Origin: Antedon mediterranea
Taxonomy: Eukaryota; Animalia; Echinodermata
Length of the DNA: 64,000 bases
NCBI RefSeq assembly: GCF_964355755.1
Contig: NC_092674.1
Coordinates: 8,866,001-8,930,000, forward strand
Reading direction: 5' to 3'
Shown: positions 24,410 through 39,400 of the stretch, piece after piece
How the letters are laid out: the number at the start of each line of letters is the position of its first letter
Position numbering within the stretch: the first letter of the stretch is position 1
The notes under the pieces: model-generated
Databases searched by the model: none
What the model was told of the DNA's origin: nothing
What the model saw: the letters and a program-made list of their open reading frames with translations, nothing else
Translations under genes and position numbers: made by a program

Positions 24410-27400
24410 CTAAAGAAAAGAAAAATATTTGAATGAATTAATAAATATGTCCATAAATAATTACAGTAATGGAAAAGAGAATAAATAAATATCATGGTGA
24501 AAACTTAATATTCAAAAATTAATATTAATGCAAAAATAAACACACCTTCTGACTCATCAGCACACTGGAAGCGGATACCTGCGCTCTTAAAAATAATACA
24601 TCAACAGGCCTTGTCTTTTAAGGCGAGCGAGTGCGATCACTCACGATAACACACTCCTAAACTGCCATTGAGGTGTGTGATATACAATACGCTTACATTT
24701 GGTAAACTTCCACACACCAAATTACAAAAAGCACACCTACATCACCCCTGAATGTATAAGGAGTGCAATTTGTAGCACACCTATAATTTTCAAATAACAC
24801 GGTCTGCATCAACTCCCGATTATCTTTCCAAAACAAAAAAATTCACAATTTAAGTAAAATAAATTAAATAAAATTTGATTTAAACTAACCTGCATTATGT
24901 TTCGCTAAGTACTTATCACGATATTGTTTCTTCTTTTTACCAAACCATGTACATGACGCTTGATGTTCTTTTTTGGCCCTTTCTATTGCTAAACATGCTA
25001 CTCTCCTAATACAAAAACAAATGATTTTAAACTACATTAAAACTACATCTTTGATCAAGCATTGCTTTAGAATTCGGAATTTCAAATTAATAATTAATAG
25101 TAATACCGAAAACAAGAGTTGGTTACAATATTACAATATTTTTATTATATACCAAAATCGTGTTTCAATATAAACATACCATTCTTGAAGTTCAGGTGAT
25201 GGGATAAGTCCTGCTGTGCCGTTGAGTGGCGCGCCCTCTTTACGGGCTTGCCACCAATTATGATCATCTTTACTAATAATCTGAAGGATCTCACCACATT
25301 TAAATGGCAGACCCGCTTGCTGACAAGGAATTAGGTCATCAGTCAGTGGGTCATATTCAAATTGGGACTTTACATAAATCTAACGGAGAAAAATAAAACA
25401 AAACTTTGTTACTTCAAATAGACACACATGACCAACCAATAGAAAGTGCTCAAACATTGAAACCATAAACACTGATAGATTGCAATATAATATAAAACCT
25501 CATTTATCGTCCCATTATCAAATTTTACACTTAATGTACTTACAGCTTAACTATAGATTTTCCTCCTTTTTCACTCCTTTATTTCATATATCATTCTTTA
25601 CTTCATCAAATGTGTTCTACTTTCCATCTAACATTTCTTTATTCATATTTTCACAAAGTTGACTTGATTTTATGAGAAAACTATCATAATGCGTCCACAG
25701 TCATTTTTCACACTTATACAGAACCCACCACACCGGGGTGCACGACATACAATATGGAGTTGACACACTGGTGATACTAGTTCATCTCACGTAATACTAA
25801 GTTAGATGCCAATCCTTCATATAGCAATGACAATCTAAACATAACCGTTCATTCACCTAGGTTCAAATCTATTATTGGTATGTTTACAATGAATAAACAA
25901 ACATAAAGAGAAAGATGAATGCCGTAGACATATCCGACACTAAGGACTATATTGCACATTCAATACTATTCACACAAACTCGGCCACTGTCACACAGAGT
26001 CACTGAGCGATTGGGACTTGACCGTTTTAGGTGTTTACTTCCTGTTGGTCCACATCCTCGACTAATGTACATACATCTTAGTGAGAAGTTGAATAAATAA
26101 AAAAATAATTCTAATCTTTAAAAACAAACTTCATAAATAGTTAAATAATTTCTATCAAATTTATCCTTCAAATTAAGAAAATGAGTGAAAATGAATTTGA
26201 CCACACAAGTCTATCACATCAGTCTAATTAAAACTAACAATAAATCAATCAAAAGAATTCAATCTGTCGTAAGAATCAATAATCAATCAATCAATCATTC
26301 AATAATATGCTTAAATATAGATGCAAATATGAATTTGAAAAAATGAAAAAATATGTATATAAACAGCAACATTTATAGAATTGTAATGAACACAGATATA
26401 GCAATATATGGGCAAAAACACAGACACGACAAAATGTTTTAAATAACGAGAAAAAACACAGAAATGCTGTGTTCTAAAGGACTGGCATTCATACTAAATA
26501 TATAGAAAAATAAAACAAAAAATGTGGAATTTTTTATTATATAATGTAATGCAATCAATCCTGGGGTGCTAACAGTAACAATAATATTGTATGGAGTACA
26601 TATGATGCATAAAAACACATGTGCTAAAATGGATTGGTATAATGGAAATAAAACAACATGTGTGCTATATGCACCATATGAAGCCATACAACATGGCACA
26701 TGTGTGTAAATCGCCGCATATGGATGCACGTAACACATGTGTCAACGGCACGCATATGGTAGCACATAGCACGCGTGTTAAAATTGTACTCATGTGAAAA
26801 TATTGCACATGGATATATGGATGCACATATGGATAAATATAATACACATGTATGATTATTATGTATTATAGAAATTCATAGTGCTTTTGACATATATGGC
26901 ATGTGTTAGTACATATGGTACAAAACGCTTTATAAATGCAAGTGAATATGGCACACATGTGCGAAATCATATATAAAATGGTTATGTTCGGTATCACCTC
27001 GTTTTTTTTATTCTTAATCTTGATTGTTTGCTGGAAATAAAGACAAAAAAAACAATACAAAAGATTTAGGGCAAGTATACGGACCACACTGGAAACAATT
27101 GTTCGCCCTCTAGCCAATGTATTAATATGTCAATGGTAATGGTACTGAAAAGGTACTGTTTGATCAGTTATGAATCTGATCCAATGTCATTCCTTTATAC
27201 CAAAGTACAGAATATACAGGGCTTGATTTAAAGACACTAGACCTGCATAATTTGATGTTTTGTTAAAAAAATAATGCATATAACTTTGAAAACATTAAAC
27301 CAGGTCATTTCTTGTGTTAAATGTGCGTTCTAAGGTTTATTAAGCAATGAACTACCTAAGTAGCTCGCGTCAAAAGTTCTCTCATAGATGTTTCTATGCC

Positions 27401-30400
27401 TAGCTTAGTTAGGCTTAGTTTTGTAGGCCTAGCTGGTAAAGAACGGTAACGCAAGAACATCGTCCACTAGCTATAGGCCTAGCCTGACGTTGTCTCGTCG
27501 TTGAATTAATTGTCTTTTCTTTTTTGGCAAAATACAAATTAGGGAAGACTTGGTATTTTTGCTGAAAAGTTACTGTATTTATTGTTATTTGTTTATCCTT
27601 TCACACGATTGGTCAAAGTGGGTGCATTTCATCACGATATGAAAATATCAATCTGCGTGAGAAATGCATGTTGAGATTTATAGCGGGCTGCTAAAATTAT
27701 TAGAATCGACTTATTTTTCACATTTTTAACCGTTTAAAGACGAAATAAAACATCGCAATAGGTCCATATAGTATTTATTTTTACATAAAATGTAGTGTGT
27801 GACCTTAAATTAGGTCAAAAAAACGTAGGTCTAGTGTCTTTTTTCATGAGCCCACGAAAACTGTATACTCAATGACCTACATGGAATTTGGTAGCCCGAA
27901 AAATATATTAAAAATTATGTAATTCTTCTATTTTCCAAATACATGTTGGAAGGTATTATGTGAGTCTTGTTGGGATTACTAGTGTCACTAGCCCGGATTT
28001 GGTTTATGCTGGGCTAGTACAAAATTGAGCCATGTGTCGTGAGCTGAATCAAAATAAAGTGGAATGAACATTCTTCTTTTCAGGCAATGTGAACAACTAA
28101 AAGGTTGGTGGCAGAAATTAAAATAAAAAGCATTTTATTACAAAATGTGTTTATGATAATATGTGAATATATTACTTGAAAATACATTTTTTGTACTATT
28201 TCTGTATACTGTGAAGGGATTCATATAGTAGATTGAAATTAATTGTCTCCTCACACAAAAGTAAAAGTCTCCAAAAGTAAAATAAATTTTCGTTTAGGAA
28301 CCTTAGGAATCTTTAATAAAGCCTTTTGTAAATTTCATAAAATAAAATAAATCATAACATTTTGGATTTATATTTAAAAATTTATATTCAACTGAATAAA
28401 TTTAAATAAATGTCAGTGTTTAAATTGGTGACATAATTTGAAGAAAAAAATTGTCAATTTTATGAAACAACATTGATGAAAATTCATATCTAAGAAAAAA
28501 ATTACATTACAAATGTATTTTTACCTCGCACGGCTGAGGTGCACTTCTGTAGCTAGGGACGATCTTGAAAGTTATACTACCGCGTAAATCTCTAAGCATA
28601 CATTGAAGTTGGTCGACAGTCTGGTTTGCTACGCTGACCCCGTTGATTTCACGGATCTCATCACCGACGTGAAGCGTTGCTTGCCTGTGGATCATTCCAC
28701 CGTGCATGATACGTGCTACGAGACAGCGTTTGTCCTCGCTCATCTTCAATGTGATACCCTGTATTAAACACAAATGTAAACAAATCATATTAAAACTAAC
28801 ATGCTGAATATGAAAAATAAAACACATGGATTTTGTTATTCTTTATATACAGATAAACTTCAGGGTAGGAGGCATTGGATCCCTAAAAAGATCAAGACTT
28901 CACCGATGCTAACTGGGGTACATACACACTTATTCCCAGTTAGCAGTGATGGTGTATCCCCATACTCCGGTTTGGGTGCTAGCCTGATGTTTTTTGTCTT
29001 TTTGTACTCTTCCTTTTATTTTCCACTCTTTCTCTTTATTGTCGAGCGCATAGAGACATCGTTTATTTGCGCTATATAAATCTACTTATTATTATTATTC
29101 CATCCTTCACAGGAAATACAAGAATACATTACAATAATGATGAGATGAGAAACAACAACAATCAATTAAGATAAATCATTATTATTATTATGTAAATTTT
29201 CATTATAAAATTGTATGCCAGTAGGGATATTAAACAAATTTCTATATCAAAGATGATAATACATTTTGTATTGGTTTTGTTAGTGTTATTGCGCCAGGTA
29301 AAACATTTCTACTGGTGTTTGTCATAAAATATAAAGCAACAACAACAACAACAAAAATCATCGATAACCTTACTTTTTTTCAGTTATCGGTAAAGCAGAA
29401 TAATAATCATGAAAAATTACTTAAGCAATGTTGCTGCAAACGTTTATATTCTATAACACTAGAAATTTTACAACTAAAATCCTTTAATATCTTGTATTGT
29501 TATACATCAACTTAATTTGAAGATAATTGTAATAAAGTTTTTATCATATTTTTTATAAAATCAGCTGGACATTTTTTTACCTGTTTTAAAAAGACTAAAA
29601 AAAATCTTCATGTTATTATATGACTTAGCTTTGCTAATATTTATTCACGTCATGTTCAACAAGTCTGCGTACTCCAAAAGTAGGAAGATATAATTTAAAG
29701 CTCTGTTTACACTATCAAACTAGTCTGATGTGCCCAAATATGGTAGTGATATGCCCAAATATGGTAGTGATATGTCATCATCATGTCTATATATGGGCGC
29801 ATCACATTTTGTTGTAACATAAAGTTTGATAGTGTAGACAAGGCTATAGATCAAGAAAAATAAGACTAAACTCAGTTATCAGAATATTGTCATTTTACCA
29901 GCATACTCAACAAATGCTGCACACTAGATGATGTAATGTTATGAGAATTTTGGCCAAATATGGTAGTGATATGACATCATCATGTCTATATATGGGCACA
30001 TCACATTTTTTGTCACATTAAGTTTGATAGTACTGTATAGACAAGGCTATAGACCAATAAAAATAAGACCAACATCAATATCAGAATATTGTCATTTTAC
30101 CAACAAATGCATACTCCACAAGCATGATGATATAATTTTAAACCAACAAAAATAAGACCAACATCTTACTAGATGATGTAATGTTATGAGAATGTTACTA
30201 AAAGCTTTCTCTCATACCATAGATATCATCACATGAGACATGGTAAAGTCAATTGAATTAAAGTGCGTAACCAAGCTTCACAGTGGGATCGCATCTGCCC
30301 TCCTCCTCTAGGCCATCCTAGTCTACTGTATCAACAATGCTATTTATCAGTAGTATTCATGCATAATTTTAACTTTAAAATATTTTTATGACAAACAATT

Positions 30401-33400
30401 TTTAACATTGTTAAATTTTAAATTCAGCATAATTTTATGAAAAACAATTTTTAACATTGAACAATTTTAACTTTTACTACTCTATCAACAATGTGGTGAT
30501 GAATTTTTTTTAAACTTAATAATTATTTTTATGACAAACAATTTTTAACATTGAACAATTTTACCTTTTACTACTCTATCAACAATGTGGTGATGAATTT
30601 ATGTCATTAAATGTTCATAAATTTTAACTTTAAATAAATATTTATGATAAATGAATTAAAAGTTGTACATTGGTAATTTTAAAAGATCATGAAATTCGGA
30701 ATTGAACATTTTCAAAAACCATAAATATTCAGTTTTAATTTATAGGTGGCTCTGTTGTTAATCACTGTATTGGGCTATTCTAACAACCCTATCTGTAAAG
30801 CTCTGTTTACACTATATCAAACTTTATGTAATGTGATGAGTCAATATATGGACATTATGATGTCATATCACTACCATATTTAAGCATATCACTACCATAT
30901 TTAAGCATATCACTACCATATTTAAGCATATCACTACCATATTTAAGCATATCACTACCATATTTAAGCATATCACTACCATATTTAAGCATATCACTAC
31001 CATATTTAAGCATATCACTACCATATTTAAGCATATCACTACCATATTTAAGCATATCACTACCATATTTAAGCATATCACTACCATATTTAAGCATATC
31101 ACTACCATATTTAAGCATATCACTACCATATTTAAGCATATCACTACCATATTTAAGCATATCACTACCATATTTAAGCATATCACTACCATATTTAAGC
31201 ATATCACTACCATATTTAAGCATATCACTACCATATTTAAGCATATCACTACCATATTTAAGCATATCACTACCATATTTAAGCATATCACTACCATATT
31301 TAAGCATATCACTACCATATTTAAGCATATCACTACCATATTTAAGCATATCACTACCATATTTAAGCATATCACTACCATATTTAAGCATATCACTACC
31401 ATATTTAAGCATATCACTACCATATTTAAGTATATCACTACCATATTTAAGCATATCACTACCATATTTAAGCATATCACTACCATATTTAAGCATATCA
31501 CTACCATATTTAAGCATATCACTACCATATTTAAGCATATCACTACCATATTTAAGCATATCACTACCATATTTAAGCATATCACTACCATATTTAAGCT
31601 AATCACTACCATATTTAAGCATATCACTACCATATTTAAGCATATCACTACCATATTTAAGCATATCACTACCATATTTAAGCATATCACTACCATATTT
31701 GGGCACATCACATTTGTTTGTATTTTGATAGTAGACAGAGCTTTAAATCACTTTGTTATGGAAACCACAATAGTGACTGTAGTCCAAATGGGATGAAAAG
31801 GGAAAAAATCATTAAGACATAGGATGTATTAATGAGGTTATAGACACGAAATAGCTTAAGTTACTTGTAATTAAATTACGATTAACTTAAAATGTAAAAT
31901 AATACATCGTCACCCAATTAAAGTATATTATGTAAAGATTATGTTTTAGTTTATATTCAGGATCATTAACAGAATTATGAATTGATATCCTTTTATCAAA
32001 ATGTCAATCTCGCTGTATAAAAAATTTACCATGTGAATATAACATGTATCAACTATGAATTTTATACTTCGGGTTATGTTACGCTTGAGTAAACAAACCC
32101 CCAGTAATCTTGCTTTCTTAAATCTTGATAAAATCGGGTCAGGTCAGGGGTCAAACAGATGATAGAAACCTACACCAGACATGTAATGTTGATACTAAAT
32201 TAGACCAGGGGGAACGTATGTGACTGCACTATGAATTAAAGTAATTAAGTGATGATGCTAAATTGGGCCAAGGGTGTAATTAGCCTATGAAAAAAAGTAC
32301 ATGTGTTCATTATTAATATTGTATTGTTAAGTAACCCTGACGAAAAGTAATTATTTATTTATTGCTATACTCAGCCATTATAAATATGTAATATTCTATT
32401 AATAAAATCTAATGGTTTTTGAATAAAAATAAAATCCTTTGATAATAATAATTAATAACCAATATCTAATATGTAAAGCCACAATGTTTTGTTACATTTA
32501 AAAAAAAAGTTTAATGATGTTGCATATAAATGTTTTCATTAAAGCGGTATAATGGTAAGAGAATAGGACTAGCATTTTAGAGGCATTGGTTCGAGTTCTT
32601 TCTGTACATATCCAAATATCGTTTATACTTGTTTGTACGTTTTGAAAAATTAAAGGTAATTGATTTTTATTTGTTTCATTTTCATTATTATTGTATAATA
32701 ATGATATACAAATGAATTCAACCGGTTCAACTAACAAAAAAAAAGTATTTTTGCGACCTACTTCTATGAAAGCTGTTGATTGCATTTAGCTAGTATGCCT
32801 ATAGTCTCATATACTTAGAGGCAAACCATCTGTACTGTACTAACAAATAGGCTTAAACCTTAATCAGTCTTAACATGATGAACGTATGCGTATCTATTAC
32901 TAGTAAATAGACGTCGCGACGGTAATGATTTATACTCGTCGGGAAGTTGCGAGTTGATACACACAAGCTCGTCCTTCAAATGGGACGTTAAACTGTGTCC
33001 TATGTCCATATAATAGGTGCAAATGAACAAAATAACTTGGGACGCTTCATAAGAAAAGTTTTATCTCTCAGGTTGTTGAAGAAACCATTGCCCAATTTTG
33101 AATTTCCTTACATTCTGGGTAATGTAATATATAGTACCATCCAGAAAAACACCTACCAATACCATACCCAGGCAATTTTTAAGCGAACAAAATGATAGAA
33201 CAGCCCACATTTAATTAACCATTATGGCATTGAGTAATTAATTTTTTCAGTGAACTGTAGGGCATGACTATATCATATGATGAATTCGATAAAATAACTA
33301 GGATCGTACCTCCATCTTTCTTCACCCAATAAATATACCGTACAATATACAATATGACAAAGCAAAATAAGCAGGCTTTAAACATATATATCTGTCTTCA

Positions 33401-36400
33401 CATGACGAATGTATGTGTATGTATTTTACTAATGTGTATAGCAACATTATTTTATAGCACGTGAGGGATTAATAACATTTAATAAACTAGCCTTAAACAT
33501 ATGATGAATCTATGTGCATGTATTACTAATAGCCAATCCACACGTAAAAATTAAACATTTTGAAACTTTTTCTTGAAGATGATAAGATTGGAATTTGCAA
33601 ATATACTGTAATAATTTCAATATTTCTTATTCTCTGTTTCTCTCTCTCCGTGAATATATCACTATATATTATTAATGTTTCCATTAAATATATAAACATC
33701 TATACATTTGTTTAAAGACATATGCCGAAGCTCATCTGTGAAGCCATCAACCTCTGACAGCTGATTTCAACAAATCTTGTAAGACGTGTATAAATCTTTG
33801 ACCGGTATAATTCCGTCAGTTTGAATAATAGACGCAGCCGTCGCCGAGTGCCAAGTAAGGTTGATTGTCAATTGATAAATATATTTCTGTTTCGTTCTAA
33901 ATTCATGTTTATCTTGTCATGGAGTGAAGATTTATAAAATATTTTATATATCTGATAAAAATGTTAAATTGCTGATTTTTAATTTTAGATTTTTGAAATT
34001 TCTTTTTAATACACTAGTATTGTATCAAACATGTTTATAAATAGAAAATAAAATAGAGTAAAACCTCTATTAAAAGACACCATTAGGGAACTAACAAATT
34101 GTCTCCTGAATACTAACTGAAATATCTGAATACTTGGAATTAAAATTTTTACTATCTTTGGATCTCAGCTCAACAAAGTAATCCTAAAATCGTAAATGTC
34201 ACAATTGGTGTCAATGACCTAGTGGTCAGTGACCACGAAAAAATATTCATCAAATTTCATGAAATCATAGTGCCATACATACCATAGGTTCCTCTGTATT
34301 CCTCTGAAACTGGACCAGTCGTACCCTCGTCACGTTGTCCATATTCTGAATTTCACCGTTGGGCGGCTGTGGAGAATTTGGATCCTGTCCGTTGACTAAG
34401 AAAGGCGATGTTGGTGGCGGTGTTACTCGAATTGCGTCGTTACTATACACCTCATGCGCTACAACATCATGTGTTTGCAATAACGCCTGTAAAAAGAAAT
34501 GAGTTTGCAATTATTGGACGAAAATACAATAAGGATTAAAATAACCAATCCTTACTTATGACATGAATTGTACATGTCAATAGCACCAACCAATGCTAGG
34601 CAATTCAAGTCCGTGATTGGTGTAGCCAGCTGATAAATATTTTTTATAGCTAAACATAAAGAAGACCAGCACCTATGCATAACAAATGAAAGAGTCCGAA
34701 TCCGAAAAGTTCAAATCTTGGTTTGGACAACTTTAGTTCACAATATTATTAAATTCCCAATTATTGTGGGGAAGGTGTAGAATTTCAGCTCTTTCTGTTA
34801 AATTTTTCTGTTAATCCAAATTGTTATCCTTTGGGACAGGAACACCCTATACAGAAGACACAAGGTAACCAAACAGTGTCCCATTAATAAATAAGAGTTC
34901 TGTATAAAAATCTACGCTGTTGAAAAAAAAATTTTGAATATTTTGTATAGAATTACAAGCATGGAAATCTGGAAACAAAACTTCACATTATGTTACATTA
35001 TATTCAGCAACACATACATTGTATACGGTTGGGAAAACTTGTTGGACAAATATCATTCTCCAGCCAGTCATCCATCATCTTTATCACCAAAGTTATCATT
35101 GAATGAAAATTATTATTGCTGACCAAACTCCTGTTGCCATGTGAATAGTAAATCATAACATTTTTCTGTTTTAGGATTTAAGAAACATACATTTAGAAGG
35201 CGATTGGAAGAATTCATTTCTAATCTTTAAAAAAGAATTCAAAAGCAATACTAATTTACAACAAAATGGTACCGTGAAGTACACGGTGTTCACACGCATT
35301 AGAGTTAACCGTGCATAGAACAGAGTTAAGCTAATCTGAAAAATATACAAGATACAACTGATGTAAGTGCTTGTGTGATCAGAATATCACTTATTTCTTT
35401 TTGTTATCGTCCTGTGTCATTAAACTCTGATGTAGATTTCGACGATGTGATGTTAGACTACACATATTTGAACTGCAAGATTGACGCTGATAGGAGAAAA
35501 TCTTTTAGTTCACAAAGCATTACATTTTTACATGATGAAAAACTATCAAAAACACCCAGTAATAGGTATACTATAATGCACAGTTCTCAAAAACTTTGTG
35601 CTCCAAAAGTTTACTCCAACACATTAATGAATAGTAACTCATAGCAAGAGTATACTAACCAATGGACTCATACACAGCTATTGAGTTCACAAACATTTCT
35701 TTTGTTCAAAACCAATAAACTTTAAGTATATCAGAAGACAACATAAAAATTAATATATACCGTAACTACGACAATGAGTGATTTACAGGTAGCTATTAAC
35801 ATTACAGTAAGGTTTAAAGTTACTAGTCTATTTCTTAATATAGTTTAGTTCCCACTTACGCAACACACTTGATGTAAGCACAACGCTTAATCAATCACAA
35901 GCGATGGTTTATTTACCTCCGCCAAGGAGATTTTGGGACCATTTTGGACCATGATCCCAATTCTGAACCACTTTTTAGTATACTTTTCAGACCTGCTAGT
36001 GTTAAAAGATAGGACAGAATTTTTCAAAAGCCGGCGAGCAGTCTTAAAGTAACAAGTAAACTGAAATTGCATTTTCTCGAGAACTACTTTATTTTTGTAC
36101 AGGAGGCAAGAGTTATAATTGGTGATTTGTAATTTTAAAACATAATTTGATTTAATGTGCACCTTTTTTGATGCAAGTAGTTTAAAAAACCTATTTCTTT
36201 TCAAATTCACTCGTTTGATTTTCGCGTTGCTGTTCTATTGTTAGTCAACTATTGTTAATTGAAAGGCTTGTTACATAACCATTACACCAAACTCGCATAC
36301 ACATGCTTGTAGTGAAATTAGCCTAAATCACAAACAGCATTAAGACACACAAATATATATATTTTTTCCTGGAGAAATCTTATGTAGGAGAATTTTACAG

Positions 36401-39400
36401 TAGGCGGAGGTATGCACTCTCAGAGTGGCTTTCTAGTACCAACTGGTATTTGTCAGTGGTCAACTCGTTTGAGTTGCGTCTATGTCCTTTCATTGCGTTC
36501 CTAGTGGGAGCAAGTTTATAGTACCAATTTGCTAAATTTAATTCTTAACTTTACTACGCATTAAGAGCCTGCTAATATATGCTTTACTATCATTTTAGCG
36601 TCCAACTGAAATATATTCAATTTTTATAAATTCGTTTTGCACAAGTTTGGGAAACATAATGATCTGTTGCTACAAAGACCTCTTAGACGATTCACAAGGG
36701 TCTCCTTAGTTTAACAAATACATTACATTACATACCCTGGAGTCTTTTTAAGAGAACATGTAAACGGTTTACCGGTTCCGTTCACTTTAGAACATTATTT
36801 TGCATGTTTTTAAAATATGAGGATCGGTATGATGAATCCAAATATCTTAAGGGCATTTAGAATTCTAAAAAGCATCATATTTTAGCAAGAATTACTTAGG
36901 AATTGTGAAATTCTTTTCCAAATCTTTCACTAAATTTCTTCTTATTCTCCTACACTTTATTTTCCTTATCTTCATTCTTTTCAAATAACAATTGGAAAAT
37001 TGGTGAGGTGGGAAAGACTGCCTCAGATGAGACTATAGTTTATAAGCACAAAAAAATTGTTTATCCATCCTGTAATTGGAAAGTTACTGGCTGTTGAATG
37101 CCATGAATTTTAAAAAGCAAAGTAAGTTATAAATTGATCACAAAAAACTAAAACCATACGTTATTAATATTGCACTGTTGCAGTAAAAAATACAGTTACT
37201 GGAGTAACTGCAGTAGAAAAATCTCAATGGAAACCTGTCACCAAATGAAATTACTTTAGAATACTGATAATTTTTACAATACCTTTTGAACAGCTGCTAA
37301 AGTAGAATTTATAAACCCAGGAACACTCAAAATGGTTCTTTCCATCAAAGTACCATCAATCCAGTCCGTATTCAATTGCCAATCAAACAAATTATGTAAA
37401 CTCAACCTTAGATAAAGCTGGCTAACATTTCAACTCCTAACATCATGAACTGTACAGTACGTATTAACACTATTAGGCCTTTAGTCAACACAATTAGCTT
37501 GTGTCATATACAACTGAAAGTGTGTTCTGTTGCAGTGGCTATGGATCATAAAATACAAATTACACCTTCACCAAGAAAACAAGAGGGATTTAGATATGAT
37601 TTACAACCATGATTATAGTTGGATACAGTGTGTATATTTATAGTAGATAATCGAAAATGCACCTCTCCTAGGAGATCATTAAAACGGGAGTTGCCAATGA
37701 CAGAGAATGAAACTATACATTCCACAATGGCCTCAAGTGAATTTTTGCCGCCTTCTACCAAATTTTATGTTGCCTTGATGTGCAATTTTTATTTTTAAAA
37801 TTCAATGTTCAAAACATGGAATATAGAAGACACACACCTATAATGATGAAAATACATTAAATTAACAGTTTGTTGAGGCATTTAATATGGCACACAATTT
37901 TTTCGGAGCTAGGAATTAAAAAAATGTATTGCCTAAATTTGATAATGATGTAAAAAAGATGATTCGGGTTGGTCTCTTCCACAAACATTTGTTTCAGTTA
38001 TTTTTGACTGTGTGATATTTCTTTCAGTAGTATGTCAAATGTCAGAATCAGTTACCCCAGGGATGTCACCACGCTGGTCGGCGCTGGTCGGCCCCGACCA
38101 GCACTCAACATTTCCGACCAGGATTTACAGGCTGCCGACCACCACTATTATTTATTAATCATTACGATATTTCTTAGGCCTAGGCCTAACTAAAATTCGT
38201 ACTAAAACATTTTACCTAGCACATCGTTAATAACAGACAAGCTAGCCTCATATAGATAAGACAAAAGACTACAGCAAATGTTCCCGTGGTTACGTACGTT
38301 ACTTTATTTGTAACACAATACCAGGCCTACCCTGGCCTGGTATTCATTGTTACAGCTTGTGAGTCATGGCGAACAACGCGTGCTACACAGCACAGTGTAC
38401 AAGTTTAAAGTTCACATAGCGACCATTCAAGCGTTTTATTTTGCACAGATTAAAAATACAAACAAGTACGCAGTAATTAAAAATGTATAACTACATAGAC
38501 CCAAACAAAATCATTTTTAATTGCTGAATGTTTTGTCACCCTGCTTTAATTATATTATGTTACTAGTTTTACATTTTTGTACTCTACGAACTATTAAAAA
38601 AAATAAAAAAACATGCGCATGGTTCAGTGAGACCGGGCAAGTTCGTTCGTTTATGATCGCCGAGCATGGTACAATAATTACACGTCCCTGGGATAACTTC
38701 AGGTTGCTGAACTTCAGTTAACCAAAGATAGTGTAGTAGGACACTATCTTTGAGTTAACCCATAAACACGTGTCTCTGTTCTTGCCGGCCATGCACTCTA
38801 CATGCTTGCCGCACAGTTGTGAAACAAAAAATCCGGAATTCGCGAATACGCTAAAAAACTCTCGCGCAAAAGAACACGAACATATATCGAGCAACAAGTA
38901 GTAAGGTCTAGGCTAATAATTTATGTACATTATTTGATTAGGGATTAGGCCTAAATAAAGAAGCGCCCGTTTTTGTGGAATTCAGATTTTGGGTTTTGGG
39001 GCATCTATCTAAGCCTTGGCTAGGCCTTAGTGGTCGTAGTGTCTACAAGGCTAGGCCTAAGCCTGACGCGATCTATTGCTATTCATTTCGTGAGCGTTTT
39101 TTTGTTTTCGCGAATAATAACGGCGACTCCCCGGTGGTACAAGGTTAGGCCTAGACCTGACGCAATTTGTTGTTATTTATTTTCATAATTCTCTATGTTT
39201 CGCTGAAATAACGACAAACCCCCGGGGGGGGGGGGGGGGGGGAGATACCCCGGGGTTACCCCCCCCCCCCCCCCACCCCCGCCGGGAAATTTGCCGACCG
39301 GCACTCCAAAAAGCTGGTGACATCCCTGTTACCCATACCAGGGTGGGTTTCAAAAGTAGTTTAAAACCGTCCCAGTATAATTACGATCATTGTTATACCA

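Noticed and set aside
25960-26080. GC-balanced patch as another CASK PDZ-SH3 linker exon
   Set aside because: Candidate acceptors lead to in-frame stops and there is no convincing donor
30855-31711. 241-aa and 282-aa ORFs (MLKYGSD)n and (CLNMVVI)n
   Set aside because: Translation of a stop-free 21-bp minisatellite inside a MITE; no splice or promoter context
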